A stretch of 64,000 nucleotides of DNA from a virus: IMG/VR virus record IMGVR_UViG_3300013126_000023, positions 6,862 through 70,861 of that record; one strand, 5' to 3'. Below are positions 30,099 to 39,361 of the stretch, piece after piece (position 1 is the first letter of the stretch; every line of letters starts with the position of its first letter). A program made the translations under genes and the position numbers. The notes beneath the pieces are model-generated. The model did no database searches. It worked only from the letters and a program-made list of their open reading frames with translations, and was not told the DNA's origin.

Positions 30099-30526
30099 TT
30101 AAGTAACGCCTTTAACATCCAACCATGTTTGTTATGAATATCTATTCTATCTTGAATAAAATTAGATAACCCCATTTCAGATTGTTTTTCTGCAGCTTGG
30201 TATGCTCGCATCAATGTGACTAAAATTAAATTATTACTATCTAATAAATCTTGAAAAATATCTCTAGAATTACTCGGCATTGATTCTGTAACTGTAGCCA
30301 TAGCCAATAGACTAGCTAAAGTTGATGGGGCGTATGAATCTAATGCTCGTATTTCTTCTGCAATTGGATCAACTGCGCCATGTAATTCTGTGTATATATC
30401 TTCTAAAAATTTATGATACTGAGGAAAATTAGGTCCTTCAATATTCCAATGTGCAGAATGCGCTTTAAAATACATGACAAAAGTATCTGCTAATGTCTGG
30501 CTTAGTAACTTTATTAATTCTTCCAT
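30095..30526 (-). CDS. dps: Dps/ferritin-like DNA protection protein
   Basis: KAHSAHWNIEGPNFPQYH.FLE..Y...D.IAEEIRAL...H.KHGWML ferroxidase signature. Confidence 0.9.
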   Translation of the reverse strand: MEELIKLLSQTLADTFVMYFKAHSAHWNIEGPNFPQYHKFLEDIYTELHGAVDPIAEEIRALDSYAPSTLASLLAMATVTESMPSNSRDIFQDLLDSNNLILVTLMRAYQAAEKQSEMGLSNFIQDRIDIHNKHGWMLKALLK

Positions 30527-32139
30527 CAGTCCAATCCCATTTGCATGCGCTTTTTAGCTTGTACATTATGTTGTGTTTTTTTACCAACTATTGCTTTCTC
30601 ATCCTCTGTGGCTTGTGCATCAGTAGTATATTCTAATTTATGTCTACCAATTATCTTATTAAAGGAAGCAAACGAAACTAAGCCTACGGGTTTGTCCGCT
30701 TCTATTCCAGGACCCATAGGTTTATCAATACCCTCTTTTACACTTTTGCTCATATCCTCTTCCTTATCTTCTATTTTCTTATGCCCCTTGGCAATAATAA
30801 CATTTTTTACTTTATAAGGTTTTCCGGTTCTTTTGTTAATTTTTATTTTATAATCTGCTGACGTTATCTTTTTAAACATTCCCGCTTTGGCTCTACCTTT
30901 TTGTAAAAAGGCTTCATCTAATTCCCCACCATGAGAAACTACAGTATGAGCAAATGGCTCATCAGCTAAAGAAGAATCATGATGCTTTATTAATTTAGCA
31001 AATTTTTTATAATGATCTATAATGAATTGTATATCTTTATCTTGTATACCCAATAAATTGAAGGTATCATGTGCAATAGATGCATACATAGTAAAATCAT
31101 GTATTTCTGTCGATGTTGGAATTTGAGTTTCCGCTAGTTTTTCTAACCCAAACATTTTATCCAATGCCATCATTGCCTGCTTTACATATTTAGGATTTAA
31201 ATCCTTACTATCAAACAATTGTTTCATCAATTTAGATGCAGTTGGGCACATATCAAAATGTTTAGTTTTATAATCTAAATAAACTAATTGCCCAGAAGAT
31301 TCAATTAATTCTTTTGAAGGGATTAAAAGTGCAGGCAACTTATTTTTATGATTATGCTTAATTACATAATCAGGTTTTTCTTCTTTGAATATTGAAACAT
31401 GCTGCTTTACGTCCTCAATCTCATATATCCAAGATTTGACCGTTATATTATTTTCCAATTGTATAGTTACATAGTTAGAACCTCTATATACTATGTAACC
31501 TTGTTTACCTTCTTTAGTTTTTATTACATCTAATAGATTAAATACGTCATGCGACAAATAACTTTCTCTTAATGATTTTTTTTCTTTAGGCGCATTTATA
31601 TCATTGAAAATTTTAGTAGCATCTTTATGCAATTCAGAAGGCAAATAGGATTTTAGTTCATCCGGTGATTTAGATTTTCTAGCTTTAGAACCCGAAACAC
31701 CAGATAAACCTTGAGATTGGTCAGACCGTTCTCCACCTACCTGTTTAAAAGTTATACTATCAAATTTATAATAACCGTGATCTGTCTTTTTACCATTATA
31801 GGTTTTAAGTCTTTCAATTAAGCCTGCACGATCCGATCCCCCGTAAAAGGTTACGTGGCCGCGCTTGCCTTGGCTATACATTTGAGATAAAGCATGTAAA
31901 GGAGTGACAGTTGAATCCACACTGGTATTAGCAGGCACTGCTTTAGAGATATAACCTACCTTTCTATCGGCAGGTATTGGTCTTGAGGTAGCTCTGGTAG
32001 TAAATACATTAACAGAGGAATGTTTGCCCCTATGCATTTGTTGTACTACGGATTGGTGGCCTACAGTGAAGGGCGAAAATCCTCCCACTGTGACTGCGTG
32101 ATCTCCGTAATCTTCTTCGTTAAGCGTCATTGTATCCAT
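30526..32139 (-). CDS. HIGH-superfamily (cytidylyltransferase-like) nucleotidyltransferase with C-terminal extension
   Basis: GGFSPFTVGH (T/HxGH), GGSDR, YNG...Y.FD.I...GER...VSGSKAR, as in the T4-like phage cytidyltransferase family. Confidence 0.75.
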   Translation of the reverse strand: MDTMTLNEEDYGDHAVTVGGFSPFTVGHQSVVQQMHRGKHSSVNVFTTRATSRPIPADRKVGYISKAVPANTSVDSTVTPLHALSQMYSQGKRGHVTFYGGSDRAGLIERLKTYNGKKTDHGYYKFDSITFKQVGGERSDQSQGLSGVSGSKARKSKSPDELKSYLPSELHKDATKIFNDINAPKEKKSLRESYLSHDVFNLLDVIKTKEGKQGYIVYRGSNYVTIQLENNITVKSWIYEIEDVKQHVSIFKEEKPDYVIKHNHKNKLPALLIPSKELIESSGQLVYLDYKTKHFDMCPTASKLMKQLFDSKDLNPKYVKQAMMALDKMFGLEKLAETQIPTSTEIHDFTMYASIAHDTFNLLGIQDKDIQFIIDHYKKFAKLIKHHDSSLADEPFAHTVVSHGGELDEAFLQKGRAKAGMFKKITSADYKIKINKRTGKPYKVKNVIIAKGHKKIEDKEEDMSKSVKEGIDKPMGPGIEADKPVGLVSFASFNKIIGRHKLEYTTDAQATEDEKAIVGKKTQHNVQAKKRMQMGLD

Positions 32140-32157
32140 TGAAATAAAGGTATTATT

Positions 32158-32165
32158 TATTTATA
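32158..32165 (-). promoter_or_regulatory. T4-type late promoter TATAAATA
   Basis: Exact consensus 18 nt upstream of the 32139 start. Confidence 0.7.
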
Positions 32166-32206
32166 ATTATGATTAATTGTATTCTTCCCAGGCATTTTTA
32201 TGTAAC

Positions 32207-33436
32207 TCATTGAGTCAAATCATAGAAGGATATTAAACCGATACCACCACCGGTACTTGTTAGTGTTCTGGCAGCAAGGGTATAAATATCACTAACACTA
32301 TTAATGGATGCACCTAGCTGAAGATCAAAATTAAATGCAGCTGTTGCACCAGACAAGGCACTTCTGCCTGATTTTGAAGTAATAAACTCGCTATATACAA
32401 CAGTTCCTGACGACATGGAGCTTGATGATATATCATATTCCACGTTAACATCAGAACTAACATTTGCAAAAGAAGCACCTGTTAGAGTACTATTTTTAAC
32501 TAAAGCTATCTGGTAGTTGTCTGCTGTTGTAGGTAAAAAATTCACATTGTAGGGTATAACTACTGCTCCATGTGCTGTATTAGCAAGACGTATTGACACC
32601 AGAGGCTTGTATGTTGTAGTTATATAGTTACCAGCAGTTGCACTTGTCATAGAAGCAACGTGCTCTATGGATGTTTGTTCGTACCCACCCTCAGAAATAA
32701 CAGTAGAACATATCTGCTTTAAATAAGAACTGCTAGTAGTGACACCAGTATTTGTTATCTCATATCGTATAGGTAGAATAGCAGTTGTCATGTAAACCGA
32801 TGTACCAGTAACATTTGCATTGTGGTAGGTGTGACATAGGATAAATTCCCCATTTATTACAAAACCACATCGAACACTACCTACACCAAGCCATTCAAAA
32901 TCCATCCATAAAATTTGTGGTTTAGTTAAATCTAGAGTTATACCACTTTCCCCTGTACCGTCTAGTTTATCGCCGTTCCAGGAAGCTTGCTCTACTCTTC
33001 TAGTGGTGTTATCAACAGCACCGCTAATAAATGTTCTTAAAACAAATGCCTTGGTTGTATTATTCTGCTCTAAATACAAACCATTTTCCGTACCAAAATA
33101 TCCTACTCTCTGCCTCAAGTTGGTCTTGGCTTCATTCATTACAAATGTAGCCAAAACAAGTAAACCCTTACCTGGTTGGTATGGAAAAGATCTAAAGGTT
33201 TGTCTAATAACCTCTGAACCCGATGATGTACTTACATCCATTCTCACCGTTGATTCATTAGGTAAATGAGTTATGCTTCCCCCGGTCGATGTTGCAGTGT
33301 CGAATTGGTTATCAGAAAAATACCTATTTTGCGAATCAAATAATGTGAATGGATTGGCAACTTGCAATCTACCAAATGCATCATAGGAGTTATTGTCTTT
33401 TGTAACCTGTATTTTGTTATTGAACAAATAAGTCAT
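32207..33436 (-). CDS. Conserved phage beta-sandwich protein, probably structural
   Basis: DAFGRLQV.NPFTLFDS...YQPGK...WNGDKLDG.G.SG...EWLGVG.VR.GF; start moved to MTYLF because of the ATGA overlap. Confidence 0.6.
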   Translation of the reverse strand: MTYLFNNKIQVTKDNNSYDAFGRLQVANPFTLFDSQNRYFSDNQFDTATSTGGSITHLPNESTVRMDVSTSSGSEVIRQTFRSFPYQPGKGLLVLATFVMNEAKTNLRQRVGYFGTENGLYLEQNNTTKAFVLRTFISGAVDNTTRRVEQASWNGDKLDGTGESGITLDLTKPQILWMDFEWLGVGSVRCGFVINGEFILCHTYHNANVTGTSVYMTTAILPIRYEITNTGVTTSSSYLKQICSTVISEGGYEQTSIEHVASMTSATAGNYITTTYKPLVSIRLANTAHGAVVIPYNVNFLPTTADNYQIALVKNSTLTGASFANVSSDVNVEYDISSSSMSSGTVVYSEFITSKSGRSALSGATAAFNFDLQLGASINSVSDIYTLAARTLTSTGGGIGLISFYDLTQ

Positions 33437-34188
33437 ACAATTCTCCAACCTTCTCGGTAAATCATTTGAATCCCACCATTATCTTGTTGCAAAATAAACC
33501 CACCAGGATCATTGTCAACATTTCCTATAACAGTAATAGGGTTTATAGAACAATTACCAGATTCATCTTTTACTATATACATTCTACCATTATAAGTGAT
33601 TGTAGGTAAATAGATAGTAACGTTGCCTGCATAATTTACACCCAAATAATAATCTTTAGACGTAATATTATAGACAGGAATATCTATAAGTTTAGTTTCA
33701 TGATCTAATCTAGCTACCGAACCTGCACCCCCACCAGGACCGTGTAGGGATATTTTACCCAACCATTGTTCAAGATATTTTATTTTTCTTTGTATAACCC
33801 CTATGTCTGCATCTACAAGTAAAGAATCAGGTTGTTGAAATGAATCCTTTTTTACACTTGCAGTAATAGATGTTGCTGCCAAATCAGCAAGTGTCTGTTC
33901 TTTAACAGGTTCAGGTACGATATCCTCTTCCAAAATAGATTCTAAATCATCTAAAGATGGAGGCAAAGGATAGTTGTTTTCTATACTTACTCTATCTGCT
34001 TCTTGTTTTAACTCTAAAAGAGCCTTATTCAAATCCGAAAAAGCATTACTACGAATAGACTCTCTTATATTATTTTCAAATGCTTTATGTTTATTAACTT
34101 CGTCTAAAAGCTGAGGATCCACATTCTGACCAAAAGATTTAGCCAAGTTTACCAATAATTGCTTTTCCTTGATAGATTTTATAGACAT
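33433..34188 (-). CDS. Hypothetical protein (helical N-terminus, GPGGG hinge, fibre-like C-terminus)
   Basis: 251 aa; C-terminal DYYLGV...LP...GR.YIVKDESG motif. Confidence 0.6.
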   Translation of the reverse strand: MSIKSIKEKQLLVNLAKSFGQNVDPQLLDEVNKHKAFENNIRESIRSNAFSDLNKALLELKQEADRVSIENNYPLPPSLDDLESILEEDIVPEPVKEQTLADLAATSITASVKKDSFQQPDSLLVDADIGVIQRKIKYLEQWLGKISLHGPGGGAGSVARLDHETKLIDIPVYNITSKDYYLGVNYAGNVTIYLPTITYNGRMYIVKDESGNCSINPITVIGNVDNDPGGFILQQDNGGIQMIYREGWRIV

Positions 34189-34236
34189 AGTATTGACATG
34201 GTGTTATTATTAACTATGAGCCTAGATGATATGCTA

Positions 34237-34731
34237 TTATTTCTTCTTAACAATCTTCTTTGCTACATTAGTATCAATTATGTTCCACGGATGTAATTTA
34301 ATCATGTATTTTGTTCCTTCAGGTGTTCCCCAATCCCATCGATAAGGATTTTCATAGTCCTCATAAATTAAAGGATTTTCTTTACCGAAGTTTCTTAATA
34401 GAACTGCTGCTAAGGAATTTGCTTCATTCTCATGTTCTGATCCAGTTAAACCCGATTCGTTATTAAGAATGCCTTGTTCATTCTGAGCATGATGGACTAA
34501 CTCATGCCCAATAGTTCTTAACACATCGGCTAGGTGCCTTTTATCTACACTCACTCTTATAAAATTTTCGCTAGGGGAATAAGAACCAAAGCTTCTATTT
34601 TCATACGCGGATATTGCAGAATGATCTAATTTAATATTAGGTTTTGTTTCAATCCCTAAAAAATCTGTTGCATAATCAACAAAAGAATTTATAATATCTT
34701 TTTCTTTGTTTATTTGTTTAAAGGTTTTCAT
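34237..34731 (-). CDS. Zincin-like metallopeptidase
   Basis: LRTIGHELVHHAQ...ENEANS (HExxH...E); N-terminus MKTFKQI. Confidence 0.7.
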   Translation of the reverse strand: MKTFKQINKEKDIINSFVDYATDFLGIETKPNIKLDHSAISAYENRSFGSYSPSENFIRVSVDKRHLADVLRTIGHELVHHAQNEQGILNNESGLTGSEHENEANSLAAVLLRNFGKENPLIYEDYENPYRWDWGTPEGTKYMIKLHPWNIIDTNVAKKIVKKK

Positions 34732-35921
34732 GCTCTTGTGACTTTTCTATCGAATCTAGGATTGAATCTTAAAGCGCTAGCTACTTTATTGGGTACTATT
34801 TTAAATAAAATATTTCCCTTTTTTGCATTTGAAATTACTACACCTTCATCGGTACTAGGTTTGCCGTCTATTTCTGTAGTAAAATTAGAAGGTTTGTTTT
34901 TACTTAATGATGATGATAGCGCCTCAGTTGCATTGTTTAAATGATTATGAAAATCAAATAAAGAATTATATTTGTTTTTACTGAATCTTACATCGTCCAT
35001 TAAACTATTAAAGTGATTTGCTTTTGCATTTTTAGATTTTTCAGTTTTCACTTTAGACATTTCTTTTTCTTTAATGTTATTCAGATGCGCCATATATCCT
35101 TCAGGCGTAGGTGGTTTAATATTACCATCCTCTGTTCTTAAAGCATTCATATAGGTTAGTATATGATCCGGGTGTTCGCCCGTTAATTTAAAATGATCTG
35201 GATTATTATCTAATAATTCTTGAGCAGCCTTCAGACTATCTTCAGCTTTTTTTTGTTGAGTTTCTGCGTAGTGATGTGGTTGAGGTTGAAATGATGTATC
35301 AGCTACAAAAACATTTTTAGTATGATTTATAGCTGCAGGATTTACTCCCGATCTGGCAACTCCCTCATCATCATAGGTTGTGTGAAAAGCTATACCTATT
35401 TTTTTAGGTGGACCAGAATGATTTATGGTCATTCTATTTGGTGTTATACTTGTTTTATTGTTTTCAACTGTAGGTTCACTAGATGTGGGGGTTTTCTCAT
35501 CATGTGTATATAGCAGGTCACCTTGTACAGAATTGCCATTATTAATTAGATCTTGTCCATGTTTCAATACATGTTTAAGAGCACTAGCTAATCCTGGAGC
35601 ATGGCCATGATTTTTATCTACATCATCTGCTGTAAAATTAATTTTTGGGTTTTTATTAAAAGCAGATTTAGTTGCTACAGAAAATAGATTATTCTTTTTT
35701 TGCATAATTAAACTAACACCGCCATCTACTTTTCTAGATGCAGCTATCTTTTTAGAATTGCCTGTTCTAAAATAATCATGAGTATCTTTTAAATTTTGAA
35801 CAGCAGATTTCGCCCCGGACAACCCATAGATAATGTGTTGCTGATACGGGTGATCTAAGTGTGATAGCTGTTTATTGGCCTCACTAATATCCTCAGTTAT
35901 AAAGCTTTTTAAACTTAGCAT
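34728..35921 (-). CDS. DUF6267-like protein with ligase/capping nucleotidyltransferase motifs
   Basis: KVDG (motif I), VATKSAFNK.PK, QGDLL (III), EGVVI (IV), FKIV (V). Confidence 0.65.
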   Translation of the reverse strand: MLSLKSFITEDISEANKQLSHLDHPYQQHIIYGLSGAKSAVQNLKDTHDYFRTGNSKKIAASRKVDGGVSLIMQKKNNLFSVATKSAFNKNPKINFTADDVDKNHGHAPGLASALKHVLKHGQDLINNGNSVQGDLLYTHDEKTPTSSEPTVENNKTSITPNRMTINHSGPPKKIGIAFHTTYDDEGVARSGVNPAAINHTKNVFVADTSFQPQPHHYAETQQKKAEDSLKAAQELLDNNPDHFKLTGEHPDHILTYMNALRTEDGNIKPPTPEGYMAHLNNIKEKEMSKVKTEKSKNAKANHFNSLMDDVRFSKNKYNSLFDFHNHLNNATEALSSSLSKNKPSNFTTEIDGKPSTDEGVVISNAKKGNILFKIVPNKVASALRFNPRFDRKVTRA

Positions 35922-36958
35922 TAAGGTTGACCATTCATTTTTAAAGATGTAGCCATTGGAGTACTGTTATGTTTTACTTGTATAGCAAATTGTCTCTTGC
36001 CATCTGCCATAACATTCATATAGGCGCCACCCGTGGGTTCCATTACAATTTTTTTGGCATTTTTAACTGCATGATATATGGGATTATCATGTGTTTCTTC
36101 TACGCTAGCTGAAGCATCTTTGTTGGGCGTACTTTTACCTGAGACTTTAACGTAGGGAATTCCCTCAGATGTTTGGGATGCTTTAAGAAAAGTATCGATC
36201 AAATGATTACGTAATTTTTCGTGATCCTCATCAGACATTTTATTATATAGATCGGCGACTTTATCTCTAACTTCTGTATGTACTTCTTGAGCTTTTGCTA
36301 ATGCATGGTTATATAGATCGGGTCTACTCTTTAATTCTTCTTTTCTAACTGATTTTACGTTACTTAATCCGTTTTCTCTGGCAAATTTATTTTGCTTGCT
36401 ATTAACAGTGCCCTCAATATCATAGTTTAAAAATTCACCAATATCACCTACACCTCCATTGTGGAAACCTATTTTACCTTTCTTTGAGGATTTTGCGGAT
36501 GCACCTAAAAATTCATGTTTGGCATCTGCAGGTTTTTCCTCGAATTTGGCAATTAAGTCTGAGGGATTTTCTTGTTGGCTTTGGTCAATACCGGTCGTTT
36601 TTTTAATGTCGCCGGGTTTATTTGTAATGTATACGTTAGATAATTTACGATAACCTTTTTCATGAGCATGTTTTAAAAATGCTATAGCCATTGCTTTGGC
36701 TCTTTTATCCTGCTCGCCGTATTCACCAGGTAGTTCATCTAATATTTTCTTGGCACCTTCAACCGAAGATTTGTGTGCAGAATCATTATATTTTCCGCCG
36801 GTTAGCGTATTATTTTCAGAATCATATTCCCCATTCAAATAGTAGGCCATTCTACCTTCATTTACAGCAGATCTGAAGGTATTGTAATACGAACCTGTTT
36901 TAACGGGCCCTTTTTCTATAAGGACTAGTAAGTCATTAACGAAATTCTTTATGCCCAT
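35921..36958 (-). CDS. Putative PD-(D/E)XK nuclease-like protein
   Basis: N-terminal helix with NE, then NPSDLIAKF...FLGASAK. Confidence 0.5.
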   Translation of the reverse strand: MGIKNFVNDLLVLIEKGPVKTGSYYNTFRSAVNEGRMAYYLNGEYDSENNTLTGGKYNDSAHKSSVEGAKKILDELPGEYGEQDKRAKAMAIAFLKHAHEKGYRKLSNVYITNKPGDIKKTTGIDQSQQENPSDLIAKFEEKPADAKHEFLGASAKSSKKGKIGFHNGGVGDIGEFLNYDIEGTVNSKQNKFARENGLSNVKSVRKEELKSRPDLYNHALAKAQEVHTEVRDKVADLYNKMSDEDHEKLRNHLIDTFLKASQTSEGIPYVKVSGKSTPNKDASASVEETHDNPIYHAVKNAKKIVMEPTGGAYMNVMADGKRQFAIQVKHNSTPMATSLKMNGQP

Positions 36959-37184
36959 CTAAATATCCATTACTTTTAAGAGTGTCTAATACTTCATCTG
37001 TGGACATGTTATAATAAGTTTTCATTAATTCGCCATCCGTTTTATCTCTAAGATGATGAGTACTATTTTTTTCGTCGTATCTTAAATGATAATTGGCTTG
37101 ATGACCTGGATGATTTAGCTTTGCTACGGTAGGATAATGATATTTAGAATCAAAATACCTAAAAGAATCCATCAGATGCTCCAT
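36936..37184 (-). CDS. Hypothetical protein
   Basis: 82-aa ORF directly after a late promoter. Confidence 0.6.
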   Translation of the reverse strand: MEHLMDSFRYFDSKYHYPTVAKLNHPGHQANYHLRYDEKNSTHHLRDKTDGELMKTYYNMSTDEVLDTLKSNGYLDGHKEFR

Positions 37185-37202
37185 TAGAATATATCGGTTT
37201 AA

Positions 37203-37210
37203 TATTTATA
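37203..37210 (-). promoter_or_regulatory. T4-type late promoter TATAAATA
   Basis: Exact consensus just downstream of a terminator, at the head of the late block. Confidence 0.75.
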
Positions 37211-37224
37211 TGTTCTTGAAAGTC

Positions 37225-37250
37225 AAAAAGTAAGGGCCCTGAGGCCCTTA
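37225..37250 (-). terminator. Rho-independent terminator
   Basis: TAAGGGCC-TCAG-GGCCCTTA followed by CTTTTT on the minus strand. Confidence 0.75.
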
Positions 37251-37259
37251 ACTAACTAT

Positions 37260-37820
37260 TTAAATATTATTAGACCAAGCTTTTACAACAGGGTGTAAAA
37301 TATCATCGGTGTAATCCATTTTCATAGTATTTACTATTGCTAATACTATTTGAATATTACCTTTCACATAGCCTTTTTTGGAGTCTATTCTATCCACACT
37401 GGGTCTAAACGGATTGCGCTTTCCTTTAGTTCCCATTTCCATACTAAAAGGAAGTTTGGTTATAGCACATACCCCAGCACACTCGTCGAATTTCTTTTGA
37501 ATATAATCTGGAGTAAGATCAAACTTAAAATTTTTGGTTTTAGCTCTCGTTTTAAGAGCAGTATGTTCCATTTTACCAAATCTCAAGGGATCCGCTTTTC
37601 TTTTACGATAGCTTGCCCCATGTTTTTCTTTAAGTTTTCTCTGTTTACTTTCAGGCAATGATTGCAGCTTTTCTTTCTTTTGCTGATATTCCCATTTAGT
37701 AAATGCTGTGAGTAACGCAGATTCTGTTTCTGTTAGATTTCGCTCACCTACTTTTCTAACTAGATTCAATCGTCTGGCTTCTTTAACTAGTGTTTTGTCA
37801 GTAAAATCAATAGTGTTCAT
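37260..37820 (-). CDS. HNH/beta-beta-alpha-Me endonuclease-like protein
   Basis: CAIT...[25 protein letters not shown]. Confidence 0.75.
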   Translation of the reverse strand: MNTIDFTDKTLVKEARRLNLVRKVGERNLTETESALLTAFTKWEYQQKKEKLQSLPESKQRKLKEKHGASYRKRKADPLRFGKMEHTALKTRAKTKNFKFDLTPDYIQKKFDECAGVCAITKLPFSMEMGTKGKRNPFRPSVDRIDSKKGYVKGNIQIVLAIVNTMKMDYTDDILHPVVKAWSNNI

Positions 37821-37828
37821 AGTAAATT

Positions 37829-37846
37829 AGCCGGATCGCTCCGGCT
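37829..37846. terminator. GC-rich hairpin, possible terminator or processing site
   Basis: agccgga-tcgc-tccggct between two ORFs. Confidence 0.5.
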
Positions 37847-37851
37847 TTTAA

Positions 37852-38100
37852 TTAAGCTGAAAAAGCTTCGCTGCCTGCTTGCTTATAAGCAGCAGCTACC
37901 ATAGCACGGCTAGGTTTACCTAGACGATATGAAGCCTTACCATTTTTTGTGGTATTAGTGTAAATTGCATGCCCTTCTGAACGAAGTTCACTAATGCGAG
38001 GACGAATGCTATCCTCTTTAGTACCAGTCAATCCTGCAAGTTGGGCAGGAGTAAATTGGCGACCAGATTTAAGCACATTCAATACACGATTTTTAAGCAT
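37852..38100 (-). CDS. Winged helix-turn-helix DNA-binding protein
   Basis: VLNVLKSG..FTPAQLA......SIRPRISELRSEG.AI......YRL; ATG at 38100 has a GGAG RBS. Confidence 0.75.
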   Translation of the reverse strand: MLKNRVLNVLKSGRQFTPAQLAGLTGTKEDSIRPRISELRSEGHAIYTNTTKNGKASYRLGKPSRAMVAAAYKQAGSEAFSA

Positions 38101-38153
38101 AACATCTCCATAAAATAAAACCACATTAAGGTGTGTGGTCGTCACCTAAACAT

Positions 38154-38182
38154 ATTATATAATACTTCGCATAATATGTCAA
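38154..38182 (-). promoter_or_regulatory. sigma70-type early promoter
   Basis: TTGACA-N17-TATAAT, perfect consensus. Confidence 0.85.
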
Positions 38183-38185
38183 TAC

Positions 38186-38386
38186 TTATTTAACCTTTTT
38201 CAAATATTCTTTACCAATTTTGCCTTCTTCAATTTCTCGAAGAGCGGTAACCAATGCTTTGTTTTCTTTAGAAACTTTACGAGCATCACCTCGTTTAAGT
38301 TCTCTCGATCTTACGGCAGCAATCAATATCATTTCATACTTATTTCCAATTTTATTGGACGCTACCTCTGATGTAATTCTAGCCAT
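38186..38386 (-). CDS. rpoZ: RNA polymerase omega subunit homologue
   Basis: MARIT...IGNKYEMILIAAVRSREL..G......NKALVTALREIEEGKIG..YLKKV matches the RpoZ conserved regions (short, Betaproteobacteria-like form). Confidence 0.88.
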   Translation of the reverse strand: MARITSEVASNKIGNKYEMILIAAVRSRELKRGDARKVSKENKALVTALREIEEGKIGKEYLKKVK

Positions 38387-38856
38387 TATGCAATCCTCAA
38401 TTCTTTTAATCTATCTGCAGCATATGAAGCAGCAAACGCATTGGGTTTAACTAAAGGAATTACATTACATGTACCCTTAATGTAACCAACTGCTTGTGAC
38501 AACACCACATTGCTTATATGATCGTCGTTAGGGTTTATATCCAAATGTACTTCCACATCCCTATTAACAAGTACTTCTTGCAACTTTAAGTACAATTCTG
38601 AAATTTTGTACACTTCGTTCATTAAGCGAAACGTAGGTTTATTAGCTTTTCTGTCGTAATCTCTTTCAGTAATAACTTCACCAAAAATTTTGCACCCGTG
38701 TTTGCCATCTTTATGCACAACTATTGCAAGAATATAATCTGCATACCAGATATTGTTTCTACGATATCTTTCAGAATCGCATCCTATATAAATTTTCGTT
38801 TCAGCGCTTTGTGTTTCTATAAACTCTTTTACTTTATTGATATCTAATTTTTTCAT
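38386..38856 (-). CDS. RNase H-like YkuK/DUF458 family protein
   Basis: IYIGCDS...RLMNEV...EVHLDIN...S...P.AFAAS.AAD. Confidence 0.8.
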   Translation of the reverse strand: MKKLDINKVKEFIETQSAETKIYIGCDSERYRRNNIWYADYILAIVVHKDGKHGCKIFGEVITERDYDRKANKPTFRLMNEVYKISELYLKLQEVLVNRDVEVHLDINPNDDHISNVVLSQAVGYIKGTCNVIPLVKPNAFAASYAADRLKELRIA

Positions 38857-39332
38857 GGTGATCTTGAGAAACCAATTAACAGTTCATCATTTCCTTCTAT
38901 TAAACTTTTACTATGTACATACAATCCAACACTATCTAAATAGATTGCTATCTCATCATAGGTTGGTTGATTTTCATAACTAGGATTGACTATGTATGTA
39001 GAAACTTGGCCGTCATTTACGATACTAAGCTTACTGTTTAAAGATGATAAAACTTGAATAGGATTATGTTCTTTTCCTATTCTTATACTTGTCAATGTAT
39101 CAATTTGTTTATCTAAAACATACTGTTCAAGATTTATAGGTTCACTTAATAAATCGAAAGTGAAATTTTCTAGATCATCATAAAATGTATTAAATGCATT
39201 GTATGTGATCTCATCCGTTTCTATGCCGTAGTTTTTTAATATATGGTCAGGAAAAATTTCTGCTTCCAACCCTGGATCATTTCTAAATGATAAACCTACA
39301 TACAAATTAATTTTACTAGGTATTTTAGACAT
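38853..39332 (-). CDS. Hypothetical acidic protein
   Basis: 159-aa ORF with AGGAG RBS and a late promoter. Confidence 0.6.
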   Translation of the reverse strand: MSKIPSKINLYVGLSFRNDPGLEAEIFPDHILKNYGIETDEITYNAFNTFYDDLENFTFDLLSEPINLEQYVLDKQIDTLTSIRIGKEHNPIQVLSSLNSKLSIVNDGQVSTYIVNPSYENQPTYDEIAIYLDSVGLYVHSKSLIEGNDELLIGFSRSP

Positions 39333-39353
39333 TATAATCTCCTGGTACTATAA

Positions 39354-39361
39354 TATTTATA
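39354..39361 (-). promoter_or_regulatory. T4-type late promoter inside an RBS-occluding hairpin
   Basis: CTGGTA-TAAATATTATAG-TACCAG-GAG on the minus strand. Confidence 0.7.

Noticed and set aside
34193-34225. + strand TTGACA in an intergenic gap
   Set aside because: No good -10 box at 17 bp and no + strand gene downstream.
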